Part shown: one piece after another, positions 26,401-40,100 of the stretch
Layout of the letters: every line of letters starts with the position of its first letter
Numbering within the stretch: position 1 is the stretch's first letter
NCBI RefSeq assembly: GCF_000143415.4
Contig: NW_003314262.1
Location: forward strand, 5,614,304 to 5,678,303
DNA from: Selaginella moellendorffii
Taxonomy: Eukaryota > Plantae > Lycopodiophyta
Length of the DNA: 64,000 bases
Direction of reading: 5' to 3'
The notes under the pieces: model-generated
What the model saw: only the letters and a program-made list of their open reading frames with translations
Database searches by the model: none
Told to the model about the DNA's origin: nothing
Translations under genes and position numbers: made by a program

Positions 26401-27600
26401 CAACTTTGGACCATCCCTAGTTAGAAATGAAGAATCAAGCATGAGCTCAAGGGTTTGCTACTTACAAATATGGTACTATAGAAAGCTTAAAGCATGAAAG
26501 TGTTTATAATAGATGAGATAGTGGTTAAGAAGCTTGTAAAAGTAAAGGTTTTAACAAGCAAAAAGGCAAAATTCCCTCAATGTTCCAAAGGTGATTTTGA
26601 GTAAGGTAGTACTTAATAAGTTGCATATAAATCGTTCATAAAAACATGATAAATTAGAGTAGCACAAAGAAGTATAGTCTTGAAGTTTGATATAAAGCAA
26701 GTTGGGGGGACCTATATGTTCAAAAAGATGCTTTGAAAAAAAGTTGGTATCATTCAGATGAATTGATTTGAGGACTTATTTGCTTATGTGCTTAAGAACT
26801 ATAGTATACTAGTTAAGCAACTTGTCAAATGTGATTAGCAAGTCAAAGGAACAAGGTTCCTAATTAAAGTTATTGACTTCATAACAGAAAGCTTCATATG
26901 CCAAACATAGAGAGGTCTATGCATTATTATAGGCTAATCAGTTTGTTTGTGAAGTGAGATCATTTGGAAGTTGAGAAGAATGAAGTTCTCAATTTGTGAC
27001 TTGTAATGTATGTACAAAAGAGAAACTAATTAGCATGGATATAAGTTGGTGCACTGACTTAGGAGTCATGCCAGACATTTTCCAAGATATCACTTATAGA
27101 TGTATATATAGAGGTTGGGTTAAAGTTAGTATTATGAGGGTACTAGAGCATAATGAAGGTTTGGAATATGAAGATACTCACTTTTTGATGGTCATAAACT
27201 CTTAGCAAGGAGGTTAGTGTGAGCACACTACTAACTAAGGGATGCCCTAGAGTTATAGTCCATAATTAATATTCTTGAGATTCTCTATCAGTTGCTATAA
27301 ACTCTTAGTTGGAAGAGCTAATTTAGGTGCATTGTCAAATGTGGGGGATGCCTTTAAAGTTATGGTCAACAACTCATGGTTAGGTGAACCTAATACCCAA
27401 GTTGATGTGTCTATGCAAAATCCCTAGGTAATCTTATAATTGGTTATGGACAAGCTCCTTATTGGGTTAAGGAATATGGTTCCTAATTAAAAATAATTAT
27501 TTAAACAATTAATAATGATGTGATTTGGTCAAGGAAATTAAGTGGGAAAAACCCTTAAAGTAAAATTGTTTGATACAATATAATAATATTGTGAGTTCAA
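23500..27600 (+). mobile_element. Ancient, AT-eroded copy (LTR end plus internal fragments) of the family at 29033-36226
   Basis: 23600-23800 matches the reverse complement of the LTR end/PBS region at ~34560-34750; 27045-27380 matches the reverse complement of ~31790-32190; boundaries approximate. Confidence 0.6.
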
Positions 27601-29032
27601 GAAAATAATCTTTAAAAAAGTATATAAGTGACTAAAGTTTTCATTCTACTTTAGTCATTTAACTATATTATAAGCAATGAAAGGGAACGACTTGAGATAC
27701 GATCCATAGGGGTTCAAATATAGAGGGAAAAGGCCCATGAACAAGAGTGCATCCCCTTTTCCAATCAATTAAGAATGTTGGGATATTTGGGGTTAAGTGT
27801 CTTTGGGTTTAAATAGTACTGGGTTAAGCGTCCTTGGGTTTAACTAGTACTGGACTTATATTCTTCTGAATGCTACTCTGCACCTAAGGGATAAGTTAAG
27901 TAGGCTGAAGTAGACCAAAACTATTCAAGAGTATGTGAATGGGTTTATGGCAAAGAGGATATTTGTTACGGATATGAGTGATATGGATACATTCCATGCC
28001 TTCATATTCGGCTTGCAAACCCAGGCTCACAGCAAGGTAATGCATTGGAACCCGACCAACTACAAGGAAGTGTTGAATGTAGTTATCAAGGTGTATTTCA
28101 ATGATAACCTGCGAAAGGGGAACACAACAGGGTCGGGGTCCACATTTAGCAAAGGGGTTAAACCAAGGGGAACATATAGCAAAGGGAAATTCAAGAAGAG
28201 TTTCTCTAAGAATGAGTCCTTGGGGTTCTGGAAAGACAAATCCGGTGGCTAGCAAGCAAGTATATAGGGGAATCAAGCAAAAAGAGACAAACTCACGAAT
28301 AAGAAGGTCAAGTCTGCTAGCAACGTGGGAAACAACATATGCTACAATTGTGGTGAAGCGGGAAACTTTTTGAGGGAATGTCCCTGCCCGAAGAAGGCTA
28401 GAGCCAATATGACCATTAAATCGGGTGAAATCCAAATTGAGGCACATGATCTAATCCCTAGCTCAAAATTACTCATTACACGAGTAACTTTGGTAGAGAA
28501 TCGTTCGCGACATTTACTAACCCTCTAAAGGAAACTCGAAGGTAACTTTGTTAAGATCCTTATTGACATAGGTGCTTCGAATAATTTTGTGGTTGTAGAC
28601 ATAGTACGGCAAGCTAGACTAACGGTGCAGTGGCTAAGTAAACCAAGGACGATAGAGTTTGTTCAAGGTAGCCAAAGCATCGATAAGACACTTCGACAAG
28701 TGAGAGTCAAAGTAGGGACATGGAAAGTAGACATAGATTTCACTATGTTAGACATGGCGGGATTTGATGTAATCTTCGGGATGGATTGGTTCAATAGATT
28801 CGTAGTAGCCCTACATGGACAAGGGAGGAACCTTGTGATATTGGCGAATGCCTAGGGAGAACGATCCAGAGTGGAGGCCCAAGATCTAAAGGTAGGGCAA
28901 TGCAAAGCCAAAGACTCCTACTTAAACTTGGTGTTCACAAGAGGATAACTCACTAAGGGAACCAATGCAGCATTTTTATGCTTACTCTCAGTGAAGAGTA
29001 ACAAAAAGACGGGAATGGAAGAAATACATTTA

Positions 29033-32000
29033 TGTAAGCGACTAAATTTTCCATTTTACTTTAGTCACTTAACCGCACCTCCGACCACTTGGAGGAGTCT
29101 CATTCGCAACCTCCATAAGTCCCATTCAGAACTTAGGACTTGCTAGCCCCTCGAATGGCATCCATGCCACTCAACCTGTGCACTTGGTCCAAATGCTCCA
29201 TGTGTCCGATCCCATGACCGACACCCCAAGGTACCACCGACATACCAGCCCGTTACGCTAGGCCATGCCCATCCACCTTGGTCACATTGGTGGTCCAACA
29301 CCATCTGTATTACAATCCCGTCTCTCAAAGACTAGGCCATGCATCCATAAGTGGCTATCCCAGATCCACTCCATAACATCCTTAGGATGCCTGCAAACAT
29401 GGGGAATAACCTTCCCCAATGTCTCCTTTCCAGTCCCCACTAAGTCCCTTCTTGTCCATGGTTGTGTTCACCAACACTGCCACTGGATCAAGGCCCACAG
29501 GCCCGACCACTAAGTCCAACTATCCTCTGGGACTTCCTCACTGTGTGATGGTGTCCCTTGTCACCACACTAGAGGGCTGCTCCTCTTCCTTTCCATAGTT
29601 TGGGACTTTGGGGCAACATTTCGAAACACCGTGGCCCTACGTGGGCCTCGTGGGTACTCTCGTCGCCTTCTGCCTTTGGGTGCTCTAGCCATGGGTTTAG
29701 AGTGAGGTTCCGTTGAGCCACACCAGGTATCCAAGTAGGTAGTGCCACCCACACTTGGACTGGGAGCATCGGCCAGTCGATCTCCCGGGGGAACTGGAGC
29801 TGGCTCTTGAACACTTCACCAAGCTACCCCGCTTGTCGGTCCATGTTCACTCTAGTCTTGGACTTCTTAGTGGGCAGCTCATCACCCAACACTAGGTACA
29901 ACCTTCCTAAGCCAAACTGGCCTTTCCTGGCCAAACTGGCTCCACTACAGTCCTCCCCCTACTATACTTTTGGAGCTCACCAAACCCCCTAGGGTTTGGG
30001 AGACTAATGCTTTGGGCTTTCACCCTCTCAGACTTGAATTCGGACTTGGACTCGGACTCGGACTCGGACTCGGGCTCGGACTCGAGCTCGGACTCGGACT
30101 CGGACTCAGACTCGGACTCAGGCTCGGTCTCGACCTCGGCCTTGGTCTTGGTCCCGGTCCTGGTCTCGGTCTCGGTCCCGGTGTCAGTCTCGGTCTCGGT
30201 CTCGACCTCGGACTCCATCTCGGGTCCTTCTCGGACTCCATCTCGGACTCCATCTCAGATTCCATCTCGGGTCCATCTTGGACTCCATCTCAGACTCCGT
30301 CTTGGACTCCATCTCGGACTCCATCTCGGGTCCATCTCGGACTCCATCTCGGTCCATCTCGAACTCCACCTCGGACTCCAACTCGGGTCCATCTCGGACT
30401 CCATCCCGGGTCCATCTCGGACACTTCCAAGTGTCATGTGTTGGTCCTTTTGGGTCCCTTTTTGGAGCCTCACTTATTGCTCGCTTCATGCTCGTTCCTT
30501 GAGCACTCCGTTGGGAGTTCCGCTCCCGCTCTCAACCTTTCTCGTTTGGCTTTTGCTTCGGCCACTACCACGTGGCACCCTTTCGGCTCCACTTTGGGGC
30601 TTAGGGATTTGTGTTTCACAACTCCACCACCCATAGACAAAGTTCAATGTCCTCATCGAATGGTAAACCCTTTTATAAAGTAACACCCGCAGGTATTACC
30701 ATTTCCATCCTTGGCACCCAGCCAATATTTGTCTATGGTTTGACCCCGAAGGCTCACCATGCCTTATCCATCCTCTAAGGGGCACAGTCTCTCCAACATA
30801 GAGACTCATTCGGCCACCTGGGGTGGTTTGCTCCCTTTTATTGGTTCAGTTCTTGCTAAACCCGTTAGAGACACCTCCTCTAACTCAATTCCACTACTCA
30901 TTCTCGAGTAGTCTCAACTTCTATTGGCATAACCAATTCACCTTGGAACTTTTAATGTTGACTTCTCGAAGTCAATTTCTTTGATGTCTTTGACACCTTT
31001 CACTGCATATATTGTGCAACTTCACTTCCCATCCTAGGAAGCTCCCCACTTGAGGGCGCTATCATCCTCCTTTCTATTTTATGCCACTTTTGGCACCAAG
31101 TTCCAGCCATCATAAGTTGTGCTAGAGCTATCCATGGCTCTATCCTTTGGCTACTTCGCTGTTCCCTCCCTTGGAGCTTTCACCTTTGCCAACTTGGAGC
31201 ATTTGGGAATCCATCCTTGAAAAGCACACTTCCTTTCTCACAATCCGTTAGTATCCAACACATTAGTGTTCTATGCCTAACTTTGCCATTTGGATTCCTT
31301 CCAATGAACTCCATGGCCCACACTTGGCCACTAGTCTTTTGCTTTTATCCATTGATTGTTGCACTGAGCAATATAGGATCACTACCTCCATTCTCGAAGT
31401 ATCCTTTTGGTTCTATGGCAAAGGCTCTACTTTGCTAAGTCTAGCATGTGCTCACCCTTAGTAGGTCTCTTTAGCAATTTCTGCTACGGGCTTTGTCCAC
31501 GGCCTAACTTTGCGACCCTTCCATGGGTCTCTCTTCGAGACTACTTTCTTGGACTTACTATACCATCATATTAGCACAATTGATTTCCCTTTAGGTGTCC
31601 TTCTCACTTGGTCACCTCGACCAAGTCACACTATTATCAATAGTTCAAATCAACACTTTGAACTGGGAATCATATTCCTTAACCCAAACAAAGACCTTGT
31701 CTTTGTCTAGCCACAAGATCACCTGGTGATCTCATCTTGACCCCTTAATAGGTCTACCAATAGGAACTAGGTCTTCCAGACCCTTTTAAATTGTTGACTA
31801 TGACCCCGGGGGCATCCCCCACACTTGGCAATGCGCCCAAGCCAGCCCTTCCAGCCAAGGATCCATAGCAATTGAGACTGGGTGTCCCCATCTCATTCAC
31901 CACATCCTTGGTGCCTTTTGCACCAAAGTGTTCAAGTTAGATATGTCGAGCTTTCACTTTAAGCAATCTAACCGTGCATCACGACTTCGAGGCATCCCTC

Positions 32001-35000
32001 GCTTGGTGGTGTGCCCAAACTAGTCTCCTCACTGAGAGTCCATAACCACCGAAATATGAGTGTCCTCATATTCCAAACCATCACCACGCCCTAATGATTT
32101 GGGACTCGAACCCAACCTCCGTATATGCATCTACGGATGGCATCACACAGGATGCCTGGCGTGACTCCCCACGCCGGTGCACCAACATGTACTTAAAATG
32201 CGCTATAGATCACAGCTTAGGAACCTAGTTCCTCCGCACTACCAAGTCTTCTCGCTTGACAAGTCTGTGATCATGCATGGACTCCTCCATGCTCGGCCCC
32301 ATAGGCCACCCCTTTTGAAGTTAGCACCTTCAACTAGGAGATTTGTTCCCCCCGACTTGCCAATCTCACTTAGCAAGTCAGTTAGCCACCGTAATATGGT
32401 TCATATATAAGCGTGAAAGTCCTTAACCATCGACTTTCACTCAAAGCCCTCTCTTTGAACACTCGGGAACTACTTCCCCAATCTTGATAACCTCGCCTCA
32501 TGGCAAGCTTCAAGACCACGCTTCTGCTGCGCCACTTTGATTTCACGCGTTCTATGAACCATTTACACTTTGCTGGCTAGGTACTTATCTACCTAGGGGA
32601 ACGTTTAAGGAACTCTGTTCCTTGGCTTGCTAAAGCCTCTCCTTTCGCAAGCTTGCCAATTACCATATAGTCTAACATGGACAATCCCATGCTTTAGACT
32701 CTCTATGGCATCCTGGTCGCTAGTAACAACATGCTTGAGCACCCACTTGATTCTCCACTCCCAACTTGCATAACCATCGTTGGTCATGCCTGTCAATTCC
32801 TATGGTTCGGTTCTATCCTTATACTATTTGCCTTTTAGCCTTATACATTTCCTTCGGTTATTCTCCTCCAGACTAGAAAGATAGCTTTGCACTTTCTACC
32901 ATGCCTTGGCAAATATTCATAGGGATGAACCTACCTGACAGCCTAGGGAGTGGTTCCTCAATCCGGGTTTGCTCACCTTGTAATCCCACATATTAGGATC
33001 ACCGTTGCTACTTATGGGCCTTTATATACCCATCACTAGCCTTGCCAAAATCCCTCTTTGGCTTTGTCCAATTCAGGTAGATGGACTTCTCCTGTCTCCA
33101 CAACCTTGGACATTTGGATAGCACCTCCTATCCTTCATTTGCTAGGGACTTTGTCCCTTGGGCATTATCCATTGCCCTCATAACACCAAATACCCCCTTC
33201 TGGTGTTCTAGAGTGTTTGGGTGTCCCAATGATAGCCTCTCTGACAATGAGTATTCCCTTTTCGACATTGACTTACTATGTCGCACCATAAGCAATTTAT
33301 CCCTTATAAGGGTATATTGAACTTCCTTATCCCAATAAGAAGTCTTAGGTAGTTGCCTTCTACTAGTTTATGAATTGTTTTGCACCTTTTGCTTAGTTGC
33401 CTTATAGTTGTCAAGTCCTACAATTCATTGCTGGTGCTTCCACACCTCCATCATTATTTGGGTCACCACACTTTAACCGCATGCCTTCCAGCTTAGGCTA
33501 TACTATTCCCATTTCCATTGGGATTCCTTTGGAAGGGGTTCTCACAAACCCACCAACTTGACCTCAAGGCAGCATGCCTTGGCACCTTTGGTGTCTCACA
33601 CCATCGGCTCCACGAACCTACCTTTAAGACACTTATTTGTGTCCAGGTCTTTTTGCCAAGACCAATATGGTTGTCTCTTAGGCCAATTATCCATTAGCAC
33701 TGCACCATAGAGTTCATGCACAACTTTGTGTCAAAGTTGTTTTCTTCTGGGAAACTCTTTCCCACGACTTTAGCATAGCACCTTCTGCCATCAATGAGAT
33801 ACATACTGCTCTCATGCTTGGATCTCAAGATCCTCCCCATCCTTCGTGGGGCGCCACACACCTCAGTCCAAATGTTTTCCTCAAGCCCTTAGGATTATTC
33901 CTTGACTCTATTGAAGTCATTCAACCTTTTGGACTTTGTTAATCCAACGACCTATGAGGTTCTACTTTTGAGGTGCTAACTCATTGGAATACAACTCTTT
34001 ATATTCTTGTCCTACTTACAAACACCATCTTTTGCAAGTGTTACTCTGACACTTGATTTGTTCCCTAGGGGCAACCTTTTGCCCCTTAGGACCACTTGTC
34101 CATGTGATGAGAATACCAACTCATCCTCTAAATACACCCCCAACTCCTTGGGTTGTTCTAGCATTTATTAGAGGTAGCCCCGGCTACCATTTCAAGGACT
34201 TGTGTCCTCTTTCGTATTTGACCTCCCACGGTCATCAATTCTGGTCTTAAATTTATGAGCACCAGCCCCATTATATGAGGGTAATCTTGTGACTCCTTTA
34301 TTGTTTTGGAGTCTGCATCTTGCTCATAATCCCAACGATAGTTGTTTACTACAACTACATTAGCCCGTTTGCTGCATCAAACGCTCATCTAGATCACATC
34401 CTCAACTCTCTGAGGAAACCCTTACACTGTTCCCAAAATCCCAAAGTCGTTCCATTATTGGCCCTTTTCTATCTACCACGCTATCTACAAGTTCACACAT
34501 GAACTGTAATGGAGAGCCATGTCTTCCCGACCTGCTACTCCTCAAGGATAGGCCCACTCCTCGGACCTTCTGATGCCAACACCAGTGGTGATATACTTGA
34601 GCACCAATAAAAGTCGGACTAAGGAACAGCTCCGATACCAAGTTGTAGGCAACTAAATTTTCCATTTTACTTTAGTCACTTAATCGCACCTCCGACCACT
34701 TGGAGGAGTCTCATTCGCAACCTCCATAAGTCCCATTCAGAACTTGGGGCTTAATAGCCCCGCAAATGGCATCCACGCCACTCAACCTGTGCACTTGGTC
34801 CAAGTGCTCCACGTGTCCGATCCCATGACCGACACCCCAAGGTACCACCGACATACCAGCCCGTTACGCTAGGCCATGCCCATCCACCTTGGTCACATTG
34901 GTGGTCCAACACCACCTGTATTACAATCCCGTCTCTCAAAGACTAAGCCATGCATCCATGAGTGGCTATCCTAGATCCACTCCATAACATCCTTAGGATG

Positions 35001-36226
35001 CCTGCAAACATGGGGAATAGCCTTCCCCAATGTCTCCTTTCCAGTCCCCACCAAGTCCCTTCTTGTCCATGGTCGTGTTCACCAACACTGCCACTGGATC
35101 AAGGCCCACAGGCCCGACCACTATGTCCAACTATCCTCTGGGACTTCCTCACTGTGTGACGGTGTCCCTTGTCACCACACTAGAGGGCTGCTCCTCTTCC
35201 TTTCCATAGTCTGGGACTTTGGGGCAACGTTTCGGAACACCGTGGCCCTACGCGAGCCTCGTGGGTACTCTCATCGCCTTCTACCTTTGGGTGCTCTAAC
35301 CATGGGCTTAGAGCGAGGTTTCGTTGAGCCACACCAGGTATCCAAGTAGGTAGTGCCACCCACACTTGGACTGGGAGCATCGGCCAGTCGATCTCCCGGG
35401 GGAACTAGAGCCGGCTCTTGAACACTTCACCAAGCTACCCCGCTTGTCGGTTCGTGTTCACTCTAGTCTTGGACTTCCCAGTGGGCAGCTCATCACCCAA
35501 CACTGGGTACAGGCCTTCCTGAGCCAAACTAGCCTTTCCTGGCCAAACTGGCTCCACTGTAGTCCTCCCCCTACTATACTTTTGGAGCTAACCAAACCCC
35601 TCAGGGTCTGGGAGATGAACACTTTGGGCTTTCACCCTCTCAGACTCGAACTCGGACTCAGACTCGGACTCGGACTCGGACTCGGACTCGGACTCGGACT
35701 CGGACTCAGACTCGGGCTCGGTCTTGGTCCCGGTCCCGGTCTCGGTCCCGGTCCCGGTCTCGGTCTCGGTCCTGGTCTCGGTCTCGGTCTTGGTCTCGAC
35801 CTCGGACTCCATCTCGGGTCCTTCTCGGACTCCATCTCGGACTCCATCTCGGATTCCATCTCGGGTCCATCTCAGACTCCGTCTTGGACTCCATCTCGGA
35901 CTCCATCTCGGGTCCATCTCGGACTCCATCTCGGACTCCATCTTGGTCCATCTCGGACTCCACCTCGGACTCTAACTCAGGTCCATCTCGGACTCCATCC
36001 CGAGTCCATCTCGGACTCCATCTCGGACACTTCCACGTATCATGTGTTGGTCCTTTTGGGTCCCTTTTTGGAGCCTCGCTTATTGCTCGCTTCATGCTCG
36101 TTCCTTGAGCACTCCGTTGGGAGTTCCGCTCCCGCTCTCAACCTTTCTCGTTTGGCTTTTGCTTCGGCCACTACCACGTGGCACCCTTTCGGCTCCACTT
36201 TGGGGCTTAGGGATTTGTGTCTCACA
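29033..36226 (-). mobile_element. Non-autonomous long-LTR gypsy-derived element; LTRs 29033-30620 and 34644-36226
   Basis: TG..CA ends; TSD ATTTA (29028-32, 36227-31); PBS TGGTATCGGAGC 34629-34640; PPT next to 30620; ~4-kb interior with no long ORF, only a WGMP.VIV integrase-like trace near 31800. Confidence 0.9.
30030..30420. repeat. CpG-rich hexamer/12-mer arrays inside the LTR: (GACTCG)n, (GGTCTC)n, (GGACTCCATCTC)n; also 35640-36030 and inverted 43500-43780
   Basis: Direct reading. Confidence 0.9.
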
Positions 36227-37130
36227 ATTTAGTGATCCAGTGGGTGTTGGACCAATTCCAGGATACCATGCTAGAGGAGCTACTGGCGGGGTTGCCCCCT
36301 GCATGACCGATAGAACACAAGATTGAGCTAGTTGAGGGTGATAAGGCGGTGGTTCGTCCCCCCTATCGTTTGAACGAAAAGGAACTCGAGGAGCTCAAGT
36401 GCCAACTAAAAGAGTTGGTGGATAAAGGGTATGTTAGGTTGAGCAAATCGCTGTACTTGTTCAATAGGTTGGGAAACGCAAAATACTTCTCGAGGATTGA
36501 CCTAAGGTCAGGATACTAACAAATCAGGGTAGCAGAGGAAGATGTCGAGAAGACAATTTATCAAACAAGGTATGGGAGCTTCAAGTTATGAGTTTCTAGT
36601 GATGCCCTTTGGGCTATGCAATACACTGGTAACATTTTTGGCACTGATGAACCACATCTTTGTACCCTATCTCACTTTGTGGTTGTCTATATTGATGACA
36701 TCTTGATCTATAGCGAGACGCTAGAAGAGCATACCGAACACTTGACGAAAGTGTTTGAGAAACTAAGGGAACACAAGTTGTATGCTAAAGAGAGCAAATA
36801 TAACTTTGCTTAACAAAAGTTAAAGTTTTTTAAGCATGTGGTGGGCAAGGATAGGCTTAAGGTGGACCCTGAGAAAGTTCAAGCAATCCAAGAATAGGAG
36901 TGACCATTGAATGTACATGAGTTAAGGGCATTTTTGGGGCTATACAACTACTACCGAAAGTTTATCAAACACTATTCGAAAGTAGCTCTACCCTTAATGG
37001 ACCAAACGGGTAAAGGGAAGATGGTATAGACAGCGGAATGTGAGGTGGCATTTGTCCACCTCAAAGGGAAGTTGAGGAAGACCCCCGTGTTGGCGTTACC
37101 CGACTTTGGTAAGGACTTTGAGATAGAAAC

Positions 37131-40100
37131 TGTTAGGATGTGAATCCAATCAAAAAGGTTGTGATCCATTAATGAGTGATTCACATGAGAAACAAGAGAA
37201 GAGGAAAGGCTCAAAGCCTGGAAGAAGAAGAAGAGAACAACAAAAACCTAGCCTCCCCCTTTGCGCTAGTCGGACCATATATGTCTCGTACGGATCCCCC
37301 GTCGTCCCGCATCTGTACTAGTTATGAGCCAAGAATAGCTCATAACATTACCCCCCACTTTGAAAAGCTCTGTCCTCAGAGCTGGCTGGTAACACAGGAT
37401 CCCACTGAAACAGGTGCACCAGATGATCAAACTCCTGTTGAGAAAGCCAGGTATCTGCATCCCCCCCAGTGTTCATCCAGTGAACCAGATAACGCTTAAT
37501 CGTACGTCGACGCAGCTGACGAATCTCCACATCGATCACCTTATCTGGCACAACTAGATGCTGGTCCCCCAACGATCGGACTGGAACTTCCACTGTCGGC
37601 ATGGGAGTAGGACCATAATGCAACTTGAGCTCAGAAACGTGGAACACATCATGGAGCTTGCACCCTTGAGGAAGAGCCAGCCGAAATGCCACCTCATTGA
37701 TCCTTTCAATCACCTGAAAAGGACTGAAGTAGCGTTGAGTCAGCTTGGATCGAGAACCTGCTCGACGGCCTAGAGTGTGACGATGGGGGTGGAACTTGAT
37801 GTACACCAGGTCGCCAATAGCGAATGTTCGAAAACTCCGATGCTTGTCAGCTTGAAGTTTCATGGTTGCACGAGCTGCCTCCAACCTGCTATGAACTTGT
37901 TGATGCAACTCCCGAATGGTCTCTAGATGTCCAGAAACTGTCACCTCTGGGACCGGAAGAGCAGGAGCTGGCCAACGTAGGATTCGACGCCCATATAGAA
38001 TCTCCAAAGGAGCAAACCCTGTAGCAGAATGACAGGCCGAATTATATGCGAATTCTGCATATGGAAGCCAGTGCAGCCATGATGTAGGACGATCCAGTGT
38101 GTAACCCCTGAGAAATACCTCCATTGTCTGATTGGTTCGTTCTGTCTGCCCATCCGATTGGGGATGATATGCTGAACTGAAACTGAGCTTGGTCCCAAGA
38201 GCTGAAAAAAGGTGACGCCAGAATGAGCTGAGGAACTTCGGATCCCGGTCAGAAACAATCTCCCGAGGCAGACCATGGAGGCAAATCACTTCTCAAGAAA
38301 ACAACTCGGCTATCCCTGCTGCAGACACTGAACTTGTCATAGGCAGAAACCGAGCTGTCTTGCTGAAACGGTCAACCACCACCATTATCATGTCTTTCCC
38401 TTGGCAACGAGGCAGACCACCCACAAAGTCCATGGAAATGCTAGTAAAGGGACCATCTGCAACTGGTAATGGCTGGAGAAGACCTGGAGAAGCCACTGTC
38501 TCTGTCTTTACCACCTGACATACCGGACATTCTTGAATCCACGCCTTCACTTCTCGCTGCATGCCTTTCCAAACAAAGCGAAGCTTGATGGCCGCCAATG
38601 TTGCTGCCACCCCGGGATGTCCAGCAAGAATTCCCTGATGACACTCACGGAAAATTTCTTGCCGCAATGGATGCTTGTTGTTGAGAAACACCCGTCCCTT
38701 TGACCAGAGAATGCCATCAATGAGGACCAGCTTGGGATGTTGCTCCCCATTCTGAAGCCGCTCTAGAATCTGTTGAAGGGCCACATCTTGTGCGTACCCC
38801 TCCTGAATCTGCTCTACGTACTTCGGCTGCAGGCGAGAAATCCCATAGAGAGCTGACTCCTCGGTGCGTGCAAACTTCCGTGAAAGAGCATCTGGAAGTA
38901 CATTGGAAGCACCTGGTCGATACTCGATAGTGAAGTCAAAGGCTTGAAGTTCTTCCACCCAACGCATCTGCTTCTTGTTGAGGTGGGGTTGAGTGAGCAA
39001 AAACCGAATGCTCACATGATCAGTGCGAAGCCGAAAATGACGGAAAGCCAAATAATGCTTCCATCGACGAACAGCATGCATAACACCTGCCATTTCCTGT
39101 TCGTATACTGGAGCTCTGGATTCAATCTCCGTAAACCGGCGGCTCTCAAAAGCAACAATGCCATGCTGCTGGAGTAAAACTCCTCCCACTCCTTGGTCTG
39201 ATGCATCAGTCTCTACTGTGAATTCCTTTGAAAAATCTGGCAAAACCAGAACCGGAGCCTCCACAATTCGTTGCTTGAGGTTCATGAACGCCTGCTGGGC
39301 CCTAGCATTCCAACAGAATTGTGTCGACCTGAGGAGATCTGTGAGAGGAGCAGCTACTGACGCAAAGTGCTTAACAAACTTCCGCAAGTAGTTGGCAAAT
39401 CCCAAGAAGGCCCGAAGCTGTTTCATGGTTTGTGGTATTGGCCAGTCGGCAACAGCCTCTAACTTGTTTGGATCCGCCATCACCTGTCCCTCAGCCACCT
39501 TAAATCCCAGGTAGTCCACTTCCACAGCACCAAAAGAACACTTTGCGAGCTTGCACACCATTCCTGCTTCCTCCAACGCTTGCAGTACCTGTTCCACGTG
39601 ATTGAGGTGCAGCTTCCAAGTTCGGCTGAAGATCAAGATGTCATCGAAGAACACCACCACAAAGTTGAACAAGAACCGTCCCAACACCTTGTTCATGGCG
39701 GCTTGAAATGTGGCTGGTGCATTAGTGAGCCCAAATGGCATCACCTTAAATTGGAAAAGACCCCTGTGTGTCCTGAATGCAGTTTTGTGACGATCACGTT
39801 CCACCACATTAATTTGATAATACCCCGATCTCAAATCCAGCTTTGTGAAGAAACAGGCTCCCCCAAGCTCATCCATCAATTCCTCCACCCTCGGAATAGG
39901 ATACCTGTTTTTGACTGTGATTCTGTTCAGTGCTCTGTAGTCCACACACAGTCGCCAACCACCGTCTTTTTTCAGAACCAGCAAAATGGGAGCAGCAAAT
40001 GGACTAGAACTCGGCTCTATCAGTCCCTGCTGAAGAAGCTCATCTGTCATCCTGTCAACCTCTTGACGTTCCTCTCGTGATAATCTCAAAAATGGACGAG

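Noticed and set aside
29907-30686. ESES/GLGL/SDSD/RDRD repeat proteins (also 35366-36326, 43365-43923)
   Set aside because: Translations of the LTR hexamer arrays in all frames
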